This document shows positions 42,274 through 54,853 of a stretch of 64,000 bases of DNA, in pieces (position 1 is the stretch's first letter; each line of letters starts with the position of its first letter). Made by a program: the position numbers and the translations under genes. Source of the stretch: Camelus dromedarius (lineage: Eukaryota); NCBI RefSeq assembly GCF_036321535.1, contig NC_087436.1:115818001-115882000 (forward strand), given 5' to 3'. The notes beneath the pieces were generated by a model that was given only the letters and a program-made list of their open reading frames with translations, searched no databases and was not told the origin of the DNA.

Positions 42274-42780
42274 AGGTGCCAAATGGACAAGTGAGAAAAA
42301 AGTTAGGAATCAAGACGGGGTAATTAATTTTTCTAAAAAGCTTTTGACTTTTTATAGTTTTCTCAAGCTCTTCCAGATAGAAGTCATGACCTCTTAGAAT
42401 TGAATGAGACCTCAGGAAACATCTAGCACCGTGTTTCTCCAAGTGCGGGTCACCAGACAATTCAAGCCCAAAGCTCTAATGCTTAGCACTGTTTAGCGGC
42501 TATACATCTAATGGGAAAATATCACCTTGCAGATAAGGAGGCTGAAATCTGCAAAGTCAATTGTTCAAAGTCATAGGAATTTAGGGATAATAATGATTCT
42601 ATATCAGGTGACTATCAATTCTAAAGCCACTTCTTTTTTCCTGAACCAACATCTCCCCCAAGTAATCACTTTATGTTCTTCTTGGACTAAAAATATCTTC
42701 TATGAGAACCAAGATAATCTTTTTGTTATATTCTGTGCCTCAGAGTTCCCAGCCCAGTGCCACCTGTAGAGTAAATCTGC

Positions 42781-43785
42781 TCTTATAGGTTGAATCACGT
42801 TCTCTGAAATTCATGTTTAAGTCCTAAGCCCCAATATCTCAGAATGTGACTTTTTAGGATATAGGGTCATTGAAGTCATAGTTAAGATGGAGTCATACTA
42901 CAGTAGGATTGAGGCAGGAAGCCCCATAAAAAGACCAGCAAGACTCCCATGCAGGGCCACTACTCTCCTGCCAGCACTATCCAGTTCCCTGACCCAGAGG
43001 TTTTATCTCATTTTTGCCTATGAAACGGCTTACTTACCCCTAAAATTCTATTGGTTCCCTGAGCACACTCCTGATTGATTATTTCCTTCACTCCTGATTG
43101 GTTCATCTTCCTAACTTCTGATTGGTCCATTTGTAGTACTTTATTTGCATGGAGTTTACTCCTGATTGGTTATTTCTCTCCCTCCTGATTGGTCCATTTC
43201 TACAAAGCTTGTTCCTAATTAGTCAACTTTTGTTATACCTCATTTGCATATGATGTTGCAAAGTGTAAACTGGCAGCCTATAAAAGCCTATGTAAACCTA
43301 CAGAAGGGGTCCAGAGCTTGGAGTGTTAACTTCTCTGGGCTCGCTGGCATAATAAACCTGAGTTCTCCAACTTTCCGAGTGGTCTCTTGCCCAGATCCAG
43401 GTTGCTGTCACAACTGAGCTGTAACACTGAGCTGTAACACATTTTTTCTGCAACAGGATGTGCTCATGATCCAATATGACTTGTGTCCTTATAAGAAGGA
43501 GAAGTCTGGACACAGACATGCACCTGGGGAGAATGTCATGTAATAATGAAGGCAGATATTGAAGTGATGCTTCTGCATATCAAAGAATACCAAAGATTGC
43601 CAGCAAAGTACCAGAAGCTAGGGCAGAGGTGTGGAATTTATTACTTCACAGTCCTCAGAAGGATCCAACCCTGTCAACACCTTAATTTTGGAATTTAACC
43701 TCCAGAACTAGGAGATAATACATTTCTGTGGTTAAGGCACTCAGTGTGTGGAACATTGTTACAGCAATTTTAGCAAAATAATACA
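42781..43785 (+). mobile_element. MLT1C-like MaLR LTR, split by a nested LTR
   Basis: 5' part 42781-42909 and 3' part 43456-43785 are contiguous in the MLT1C consensus; ends tagcaaaataataca. Confidence 0.85.
42910..43455 (+). mobile_element. ERV1-class solo LTR (546 bp) with 4-bp TSD GGAT
   Basis: tgaggcagg...ctgcaaca termini; GGAT at 42906-42909 and 43456-43459; TATAAAA at 43279-43285; AATAAA at 43351-43356. Confidence 0.9.
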
Positions 43786-44604
43786 GTTACTTTACTGACC
43801 TGACCATGCATACTATTGACTGCAAAGCCCTTCAATAATTTATTCACTTACCATACCATACCTTGAAACTTCTATCCTCACCACTCCCTTGGAGACTTAC
43901 TTTGTCAATGCATGAAATTGCTGACAAGCGATTCCAGAACCCATTTCTTGAATGTCTACATTCTAAGTTTATAAACTCCACAAAACACAGGATAGATAAA
44001 GAAACCTTATGGGTGAATAATTTATCTGTCTGGCCTAAGCAAACTAATGTATGATGGATAAATTGTATGTATAGAATAGCATCTCAATGCAACAAAACAT
44101 GTTGATTTTGTTTGTAGACATTTATGGTGGCTTTTTAAGAATGTGGCATCAAACTGAATGCAGACCATATGTTGTCAAAAGGATAAACCATAAACAAATA
44201 TTTGTTATCTGGATAATAAGGGGTTTTAGAGAAACAAATTCATGTAAGTTAAGAAAAAATACTTCTGCTTTATAATATATACATATTGAAAGATGACAAT
44301 TATATGCTATGATTTTTTAAAATTATACAGTAATTTTAATTGCAATTACAATTTTAAATGAACAATTGGGAAGGATAATTATATCTCAGTATGTCAACTG
44401 GATTACTCTGATGAGTTCTGTTACTAACTACTGGTGAAAGTAAAATGGGGCCCCAAATATGATTTTTTAAGTAAAATGATATGTTCATCTTCTGTTTCTG
44501 AGCTGTTTCTGTAGAAAGTCATACTTAAATATTTGGTAGTGATCAGATTAAGTTTAAGCAATTCATCTGAATAAAACAAAGGGGAATATTTATTTTCAGC
44601 TGGT

Positions 44605-45620
44605 AATATTTGTAAAGGATATGAGTGAAAAGTGGTTAACATTTAAATATATAAGCAACTCATACAACTCAATACCAAAAGAAATCTTATTAAACATGTG
44701 CAGAAGAACTGAATAGATGTTTTTCCAAAGAAGAAATACAGATGGCCAACAGGAACATGAAAAGATGCTCAACATTGTTAATCATCAGTGAAATGCAAAT
44801 CAAAACCACAATGAGATATCTCCTCAGACCTGTCAGAATGGCTATCATCAAAAGATCACAAATAACAAATATTGGGGAGGATGTGGAGAAAAGGGAACAC
44901 TTGTACACTATTGGTGAGAATGTTAAGTTGGTGCAGCCATTATGCAGGTTTCTCAAAAACTAAAAATAGAGCTACCATATGATCCACCAATCAACACCTG
45001 TGCATATATTTAAAGAAAAAGAAAACACTAATTTGAAAAAATATATGCACTCTAATGTTCATAGCAGCATTATTTACAGTAGTCAAGATATGGAAGCAAC
45101 CTACATGTAAATCAACAGTAAACAGATAAAGAAGATAGGTAGGTAGGTAGATAGATAGACAGATAGATAGATAGAGATATGCAATGAAATACTACTCAGC
45201 CATAAAAAAGAATATGATTTTTGCCATTTGCAACAACATGGATGGACTTGGGGGGTATCACTTTATGAAATAAGTCAAAGAAAAATAGATACTCTGTTAT
45301 TACTTACATGTGAAATCTTAAAAAAAAAAAGACTAGTGAATATCACAAAAAATAAATAGGCTCACAGATATAGAGAACAAATGAGTGTTTTGAGTGGGAA
45401 GAAGGAAGTGGGAGGGGTCATATAGGGGTAGGGTATCAACAGCTACAAACTACTATTTTAAAATAAATAAGCTACAAAGAGATACATTGTGTAGCACTGG
45501 GAACATAGCCAATACTTTATAATAGCTATAAATGGAATATAATCTATAAAAATTTTTAATCATTATGTTATACACCTGGAACTAATATAATATTGTAAAT
45601 AAACTATATCTCAACAAAAA
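44605..45620 (+). mobile_element. 5'-truncated L1 3' end containing a GATA/GGTA repeat
   Basis: ORF 44742 [26 protein letters not shown] is L1 ORF2; standard 3' UTR follows. Confidence 0.92.
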
Positions 45621-45823
45621 CTTTTTTAAAATATTGTCAGGAATAAATTGGAGTTTTAATAAAAATATTAAAAAGCAGCAAATGTAGATAAAGAAAAGTA
45701 GCATGGGTATATCTGTTTGTGTCTTTGGGGCCAATGGGTATGAAACCACAAAATTATTAAGTGAATATGAGTACCATGTACATAACGTTTTTGGCCCTAG
45801 CCTTCTCGTCTCTGACTGTGTAT

Positions 45824-45868
45824 GGTAGAAGGTATAGCTCAGTATTAGAGCATGTGCTTGGCATGCAC
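45824..45868 (+). mobile_element. Partial tRNA-derived SINE head
   Basis: ggtatagctcagtattagagcatgtgcttggcatgcac, same family as 45953-46040 but without the B box. Confidence 0.7.
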
Positions 45869-45872
45869 CATA

Positions 45873-45899
45873 ACACAGACACAGACACACAGACACACA

Positions 45900-45936
<37 letters not shown>
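45873..45936. repeat. (CA)n microsatellite with GA interruptions
   Basis: Seen directly. Confidence 0.95.
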
Positions 45937-45939
<3 letters not shown>

Positions 45940-45952
45940 TCAATCATTAAAA

Positions 45953-46040
45953 GGGGGTGAGTATAGCTCAGTGGTAGAACACATGCTTGGCATGCATGAG
46001 GTCCTGGGTTCAATCTCCAATACCTCTGTTGAAAAAAAAA
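45953..46040 (+). mobile_element. tRNA(Ala)-derived SINE, camelid vic-1-like
   Basis: A box tagctcagtgg, B box ggttcaatctc, A tail, preceded by ttaaaa (L1 endonuclease site). Confidence 0.85.
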
Positions 46041-49000
46041 GTATGTAATAAAATTTTACCCTCAGATTTGTTTTGGTTGATACTAGGTTAGCAATCAGAT
46101 ATTGTTAGATTCTTCCTGTCAGTTTTGGAAAAAAAATATCATTCTGATCTTTTTATGTGAATCTTGAGGGCATGGAAATAAGTCACATTTCACTTTTTTG
46201 GTGAATCACACCCAACTGGATAAAACAAGGTCAGAACATGTTGAGGAATGAGCATACCGTGTGTCTCAGCTGTAAGATGATCAATGGGAGTGTCTATGAG
46301 GACATGCTCTCTGCAGGACACCCATCCTCCCATGGGGGCTTGGGACCGCTCCTCTCCTCTCGAGGTCTCTTGGTTTTTTTCCTCTGATAGATTTTGCAAG
46401 ATTTTAAAAAGAGAAACCACTTATTTTGAGGATGGCCATTATTTTATAGTTAATTTTTTTAAGTCTACCAGCTTTCTGCAGTGTCTTCTATGGAAGTATT
46501 TTGGGGACCAAAACAAACTGTTAACCCACACATTGAAATTTTATTACAGATTCCAAAAGTGAACTTGGGCAAAATTTGACTCCTTCAGATTTTGTTCTTC
46601 TACCTGAAGCAGAAGAGGTCAAAATACTCATCATTAAATAATCTCACTAGAGAAATATCAACTTTGTATCTAATTTTATTACATTGACTGTAAAGAGAAA
46701 AAACATAAGAATTCCCTTCTGTAACATTTACCTAGTTCCTCATGCACATGAAGTTTCAATAAAGCAGGAGAAATCTTTGATGTATTAAATAGTCTAATTC
46801 ACAAGTTTTGATTTGAAGGTAAGACTCACTTTTTATATAGTGTTGTATTTGATCTTTCAGAGAATGAAGAGTAAAGAATTGAGAATCAAATTTTACCCCG
46901 GGGAGTCTCTGGTAAAATTTCATTTACCCCACTTCTGATGCCTCTGATGATTAATCTTGAAAAACTTTTAAAAAGAAACATAAGTAAAGACAGTTTTAAA
47001 AAATGAAAAGATAGAAAAAGACAAAGGTGATGAAATATTGTAATGACATCCAGAGGCTACAGTTTGGCATTTGGAGTAGCTAAGAAGACATTTCTGAGTT
47101 TAGAAGAAAATACTAGAATTCTCATTTATATATTTATTTTATCACCCTTATTATTTCTGTTTTCCCTTGCACATTTTATTTTATATCATACATACTACAT
47201 TGGTATAATAGAACGTGCATATAATTGATGAACAAGTAAGCCAATACATAATAAGAATATTTGGGGATACATGTTCTGATTTTGATCAGCACAGTCAAAG
47301 GAGGTTTGGAGACAACTGGGTTAAATTCAAAACATGGCTGTAGAAAAATAGATACTAACATTTATTGTTGCTACAGGAGACAGATCATCATTAAGATCCT
47401 GCTTCAAGGTCTCCATGCTTGGTGTTCCAACTGCTTGAAATGGGCTTTCCCCCAAAATGCATCTACCTCCTTCCCAAAGTCCTCTGGGTCTATTCAAATA
47501 TTACTTTGCAAATAATTCTTCCCCGCATAACCTATCTAAAATTTAATACCCCATGTCTCAAAGTTTCATGTAGCCTATGACTCCATTTTTCCTCTTAAGT
47601 ACTTATGACTACCTACTGACTTCTATTTTTCTTATTTTTTATGCTTCACTATAGACGTATTCCCTGCCTGCCCACAAGAAAGTGAGAGCAGTCAACAGTT
47701 CTATAGTACATATTCTGTGGCCGCACCTTACCCATATAACTCGTTTAATCTTTACCACAAATACAGTATTCTGTTGTATATTCATTTAATAATAGTGGAA
47801 ACTAAGGCAAAGGGATGTTAAGTAACTTGCCCACATTTACACAACTAGTGTGCCTACCTAGCACTGGACTAGATATTTTTGGAAATTGAAAACTCTTTTC
47901 CAGATGTGTTGCCTGTCCATAAAAAATAAAAACTGTGAAATGTCTGATTATTAGATAAATTACTATATTCATTAATTAACTATCAATTGAGTAATTAATA
48001 AAACAGCTAACAAACAATGCACCCTATATGATCCAATGCTTTCTTTGTGATCACTGAGTTAAAGTGCTTTGAAATTTGCAGAGAAAAAGTACAGAACGGA
48101 ATTGACATTAAGGGAAATGAGGTTATCCTGAACGTTAAGAAAGAGAACGTGATCCCATTAAATCAATATATATACACATTATTCAGATAACGCTTGAGAG
48201 CCATTGGACAAGATTCTAGGGTTATAGAAACACATGTGATATGTTTGCTGTCCTCAGTATCTTTCTAGTAGACAAGAAACATTTGTAAACACATAATTGC
48301 AAAATAGTTTGGTTTAGACAATCATAGAATACAAATAAGAAGTAGAAGTGTTGTGGAGGAGAAAAACAAGGCTGAGCGTTTCTCTGAATGCTGACAAAAA
48401 ATTTACACAGGTATCATTTGGAATTAAATTCAAATTGCCCCTGAGGGTAAAGAGTCCCTGTGCCAGTGGCCTTATACTTTACATTCTTTTTTTAAACTTC
48501 AGTGAACATCGCAACTGACTGCTGTATTTTACAACCCATAAATAGGAAGTGGACCTTAGCTCAGTTTTCCTTTTTTGCGAAGCCAAATGATGTCTATGTC
48601 TTTAGAGTAAATTAGTGCTCTATGATTATTTCTTTAACTAGGAAAATATGCAGATGCCGAATTTTCACATGGACATTATCAACAAAAATTGCCGATCTCT
48701 TTTCACAATACGGAATCATTTCAGAGAACCCACAGCAGCTGCGGGAACAGGATCTCTGTCTGAAACAGGCATTTTCATAACCATCCACATGTTCTATGGC
48801 AGATCTGCTCATATCTATTTGAACATTATTCATCTTTTAAGACAATGGGAGAGCATTTGAAATTTAACATATTGAGTTGAGATGTGTCTTGCGTAAAACA
48901 AGTCAAACAGCACAATTACTTCCTTAATTGCTCAGAATTTGTGTGCACCGATGCATGCTGTGATAGGTGAAGGTGTTAAACACTTACAACGTAGTTTGCA

Positions 49001-51616
49001 GATGACAGCATGACAAAATAAAATTATTTAGACAGCTCCAGAATCAAAAGGAGTTCCATAAGTCATCAGAAATGGAAATGAATATTGCTAAAGTGAGAAT
49101 TCAAAAGGTTCAGAAAGTAAAATGAAGATATCCATGTGTATTCAAACATTCAGACCTTGGTCCTGAGAGTGAAGAGGCAGCCTTGTTTGGATAATAGGAT
49201 GATCATTACAGGACAATGTTTATAATGAAGAAGGACTTTAGATGACCAGGCAAAGCAAAATAATTCATTATCATACTCTGCTCTATTTAAAAAAATATAT
49301 AACGGTAATTCAAAGGTCAGTTTTCTCACGTCCTTAGGTGGTTCTCCCCACTACTCAGTCCCTGGGGCTCCTTACTTCAGCAACAGTAAGTAGAACTCAT
49401 TAAGCAATTGAAGAGTCAGAAAGGCTCTTTGCTAACAAAGAAATCTTAAAGGCTGATGTATATTCATTTAGCTTTATGCTCATTTCAATTGCCTTCTATA
49501 TTTCAATGCAACTCCTAAGTCATACGTTTTCTACAAAGAGTCAAGTGAAGAATACAGAAATATATCTACATTCTTCAAGGAAAATGAAGAGCCAATACCT
49601 TGCTTGATACCAATATAAGAGATACTTGCACATAGATCTATTTTAACAGATACATTATCAAAACAATGTATTTATATATATGTTAAACAAATACTTAAGA
49701 CTTTTGAGAGGTGCATTCAATTATATTCAAATTCACTGGGAAGGTAGAGGATCTAGGTTAAACACCAACCCTGATAAGAGCCACTTGCTTTTGAGAAAGT
49801 CAATTAATGTTTCTGAACAACACATGCTGTAACCCCACTCCCACCCAAGCCCACTCTCCTGGAACCATCAATCGGGTGCCCAGATAAAAGGCCAGTTCAC
49901 CCCCTGGAACATGAGGAAATGTGACCCCCATGCCTTATATCCTTTCCTATTCTCTCTTGTCCTTTCTCCCTAGGAAGAGTTCTGACCCCTACCTCTTCTT
50001 TCTCCTTTTCTCCTTTCTTCTTCTTCGTCTTCGTTGTCTTTTTTTCGCCCACTTTTTGGTTTCTTACATTTAAGGACATAAATTCCTTGATACCATTTTA
50101 ACTATGTATAGCAGATTTTAATATGCTGTGTTTTCATTGTGATTCTGATCAACATATTTTGTAATTTCCATTGATATAGTGTCTCTGTCTCATTAGATTT
50201 TTAAATAATATATTTTATTTTTCTTTCAGTTTCTAATTCAATTTTCATAGTGCTTTGAGGACATGATCATGGAACTTTTATTTTTAGAAAATAAAAGAGG
50301 TTTGAGGTGTGTCTAATTGGCAGAGTAGGGAGACCCTGAGCTCACTTCCTCCCATGGGCACACCAAGATTACAACTATTTATAGGGTACCTATCTATGAC
50401 AACAACCTGAAGACTAACAGAAAAGACTTTCCACAGCTAAAGATATAAAGAAGGAATCACAAGATGGGTAGGAGGGGGCGGAAACACAGTACAGTCAAGA
50501 CCCACACCCCAGGGTGGGGGACCCACAAACAGGAAAATAATCACAATTGCAAATGTTCTCCCTAAAGGGTGAGGCGTTTGAGCCCCACACCAGCCTGTCC
50601 AGCCCATGGGTCCTGCACGGAGAAGACAAGCCCCCAGGATATATGGCTTTGAAGACCAAAGGGGCTTGCACATGAGAAAGCCAGAAAGAAAGACTCTGGT
50701 CTTTAAAGGCACATGCCCTTGCTCACACACTCAGATTCCCAGTGCAGAGGCAGTGCTTTGAAAGAAGCCTGAGTCAGACCTACTTGCAGATCTTGAAGAG
50801 CCTCCTGGAGAGGCATTTGACAACTGGGACTCCCCCAGGAATACAGACTCTGGTGGCAGCCATCTGGGGCACTCATTCTAACTCCAGGACACCGGTGCTG
50901 GCAGATGCCATTTTGAAATCCTCCCTCTAGCACAGTAGCCCGAGGGGCTTACATGCCCACCATCAGCCAGAACAAGTCCCGGGACCTACAGGGTCAAGCA
51001 TTCAGCTGCCCTGGAACCCAGCTCTATCCACTAGTGGGTGATCCCCAGCCCCAGGTCCCACTGGCTCCCACTGCCAACCACCCTGGGAACTGATCCTGTC
51101 AACCAAAGAACTAGTAACCATGGCACAAGGCAAGGCTGGAAGCCAGTCAGGCTGGGGGCTGGCCTTGCACGCCTGTGCACCCACAGTAATCAGCCCTGCC
51201 ACAGCAGAAGGGCCCGTGCATCCCACATAGGGACATGGTTCTGATAACTAGAGGAGAGTGTGCGACAAGACCCCATAAGGCATTTTGTACATAAGGCCAC
51301 TTCTCCAAGTTTGGAAAATGTAACCAACCTTCTTAATACATAGAAATAAATACATAGGAATAAATAATTTGCCTACAAATTAGGCAAAAAGAGGAGACAG
51401 AAGAATATGTTCCAAACCAAGGAACAAGGCAAAATCACAGAAGAAAAACCAAGTGAAGTGGAGATAAGCAATCTACCTAATAAAGAGTTCAAGGGAAGGA
51501 TCGTAAAGATGCTTAACAAACTCAGGAAAAGAATGGATGAACACAGTAAGAATATTAACAAAGATGTAGGAAATATAAAGAGGAAACAAACAGCTGAAGA
51601 ACACACTAACTGAAAT

Positions 51617-52750
51617 TTTTTGCACAGCTAAGGAAATATAAACAAAATGAAAAGACAACCTACAGAATGGGAGGAAATATTTGCAAATGACAAGACTAAC
51701 AAGGGACTAATTTCCAAAATATACAAACAGCTTATACAGCTTAATGCCAAAAAAAACCAAATAACCCAGTCAAAAAATGGGCAGAAGACCTAAGTGACCT
51801 AAATAGACATTTCTCCAAAGACACACAGATGCCAATAGACACATAAAAAGATGCTCAGTATCACTAATTATTAGAGAGATGCAAATCAAAACTACAATGA
51901 GGTGCAATGCAAAACAAAACTACTCAGCTCACACCAGTCAGAATGGCCATTATTAAAAATTCTGCAATTAATAAATGCTGGAGAGGGTATGGAGAAAAGG
52001 GAACCCTCCTACACTGTTGGTGGAAATGTAAATTTGTGCAGCTACTGTGGAAAACAGTATAGAGATTCTTTACAAAACTAACAAATAGACTTCCCATATG
52101 ATCCAGCAATCCCACTCCTGGGCAGATATTCAGAGAAAACTGTAATTCAAAAAGACAATGCACCCCAAAGTTCATAGCAGCACTATTAATAATAGCCAAG
52201 GCATGGAAACAACTGAAATGCCCATCAACAGATGACTGGATAAAGAAGATGTTGTATGTAGATACAAAGAAATATTACTCAGCTATTAAAAAAAAAGAAT
52301 GAAATAATGACATTTGCAGCAACATGGATGGACCTGAAAATTTTCATACTAAGTGAAGTAAGCCAGAAAGATAACACTCATATGTGAAATCCAATAAAAG
52401 GGCACAAATGAACTTATTTACAAAACAGAGATCGATTCACAGATAGAAAACAAACTATGGTACCAAAAGGGAAAGGGTGAGGAGGAATAAATTAGGGGTT
52501 GGAGATTAACAGACACATGTCTATATATAAAATAGATAAACAACAAAGTATAGAACAGGAAACCATATTTAATTTCTTGTATTAATATATAATGGGAAAT
52601 AATCTGAAAATAACTATATATATATATATATATATCTGTGTGTGTGTGTGTGTAACTGAATCACTTTGCTGTACACCTGAAACTAATGTTGTAAATCAAC
52701 TACACTTCAATAAAAACTAAAACAAACAAACAAACAAAAAGCAACAACAA
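51617..52750 (+). mobile_element. Younger L1 3' fragment nested in ORF1 of the host L1
   Basis: ORF1 breaks after ctaactgaaa; ORF2 C-terminus, 3' UTR and an A-rich tail follow; ORF1 resumes at aaaaatacactagaaggaatcaac (KNTLEGIN). Confidence 0.85.
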
Positions 52751-54665
52751 AAAATACACTAGAAGGAATCAACACTAGATTAGATGTATGGAGAAACAGA
52801 TCAGTGAACTGGATGACAGAGCAGTCATGGAAGAAATCATACAAGCTGAACAGAAAAAAGAAAAAAAGAATTAAAAAATTAAAAAAGATAGTTTTAAGAG
52901 GCATCCAGGACAACCTTAATCATATTAACATTTGCATTATTGGGGTCCCAGAAGGAAAGGAGGAAGAAAGGGGCAGGAAACCTTTTTGAAGAAATAATAG
53001 CTGAAAATTCCCTAACCTGGAAAGGAAAATAAACATCTAGGTTCAGGAGTGCAGAGTCCCCAAAAGATGAACTCAAACAAGCTATGACTAAGAATATACT
53101 ATTTGCCTAGTTTTAAGTTGCCAAGCAGAGTGTTCTTGGTTGCAGTTTTGTTTTTTTTTTCCTTTCAGCAGAAACATATTTCCTTTCAGAATAAATATAT
53201 TGTGATTCTCCCATTTAGCCTACAAAGTTTTTGTTAAAAAGTCAGTTGATGATGGTTTTATTGAAGTTTCCTTCTGTGTAATTAGTTTATTTTGTCTTGC
53301 TGATAACAAGATTCTCTCTTGATCTTTAATTTGTGTCATTTTAGTTATAATTTATCTTGGTATGGACCTCTTTGGGGGGTCATAGAAAAGAAAAGAAGAA
53401 CAAACAAAACCCAAAGTTAGTAGAAGGGAATAAATAAATAAAGTCAGACTACAAAAAGTTAAATTGAGACAAAAAAATCAGTGAAACTAAAAACTGATTC
53501 TTACAAAAATATACAAAATTAATAAACATTTAGCCAGGCTCATCAGAAGAAAAAAGGGCCCACATAAAATCAGAAATAAAGGAGAAGTTACAACCAACAT
53601 GACAGAAATACAAAGGATCATGAGAGATTATTACTGCAGACAGTTATACTCCAATAAAATAAACTATGTAGAAGAAATAAGTAAATTTATAAAACCGTAC
53701 TCCCAAGACTGAATCAGGAAGAAAAAGGAAATAGGAACAGATCAATTACCAGTAATTAAATTGAATCAGTAATTTTAAAATTACAAACCAACAAAAGTCC
53801 AGGACCTGACAGCTGCACAGGTAAAATCTACCAAACATTTAAAGGAGAATAAATGTCTATCTTTCTCAAATTATTCCAAAAAGTTGAAAGGTGAGGGATG
53901 ATTTTGAACTCATTCTACTAGGCCAGCATCACCCCAATACCAAACCAGATGAAGATGCCACAAAAAAAGAAAATTATAGACCAACATTATTGATGTACAT
54001 AGATGCAAAAATCCTCAGCAAAATATTTGAAAACTGAATTCAATAATACAATAAAAAGATTATAGTTCATGATCAAGTGGAATTTATCTCAGGAATGCAA
54101 GGATGATTCAATATCCACAAATTAGTCAATGTAATACACCATATTAAAAAAAATTGAAGAATAAAAATTGTAAGATCATTTCAATGGATGCAAAAGAGTT
54201 TTTGACAAAATTCAGAATTTATTTATGATAAAAACTCTCAACAAAGTGGGTATAGAGGAAACATACCTTAACACAATAAAGGCCATTTATGACAAACCTA
54301 CAACTGATGTCATATTCAACAGTGAAGGCTGAAAGCATTTTCTCTAAGATAAGGAACAAAGCCAGGCTGCCCACTCTCGACATTTTTATTCAACAAAGTA
54401 TTGGAAGTCATAGCCTTAGCAATCAGAAAAGAACAAGAAATAAAAGGAATCCAAATTGGAAACAAAGAAGTGAAACAATCACTGCTTGCAGATGACTTGA
54501 TATTATACACAAAAAAATCCTAAAGATGTCATCAAAAAACTATTAGAACCAATAAATGAACTCAGTAAAGCTGCAGGATATAAAATGAATACACAGAAAT
54601 TTGTCACCTTTCTATATACTAACAGCAACCTATCAGAAAGAGAAATTAAAAAAAAAAAGAACTTT

Positions 54666-54853
54666 GCTGAATAGATAAACAAGATTATACTGTATAGCAC
54701 AGGGAAATATATACAAGATCTTGTGGTAGCTCACAGAAAAAAAAAATGTGACAATGAATATATGTATGTTCATGTATAATTGAAAAATTGTGCTCTGCAC
54801 TGGAATTTAACACAACATTGTAAAATGACTATAACTCAATAAAAAAGTTATTT
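54666..54853 (+). mobile_element. Short young L1 3' end nested in ORF2 of the host L1
   Basis: L1 terminal 3' UTR flanked by a 14-bp TSD aaaaaaagaacttt / aaaaaaagaccttt (1 mismatch). Confidence 0.85.

Noticed and set aside
45953..46030. tRNA-Ala-like sequence
   Set aside because: Diverged, with an A tail and an L1 endonuclease site upstream; it is a SINE and not a functional tRNA.
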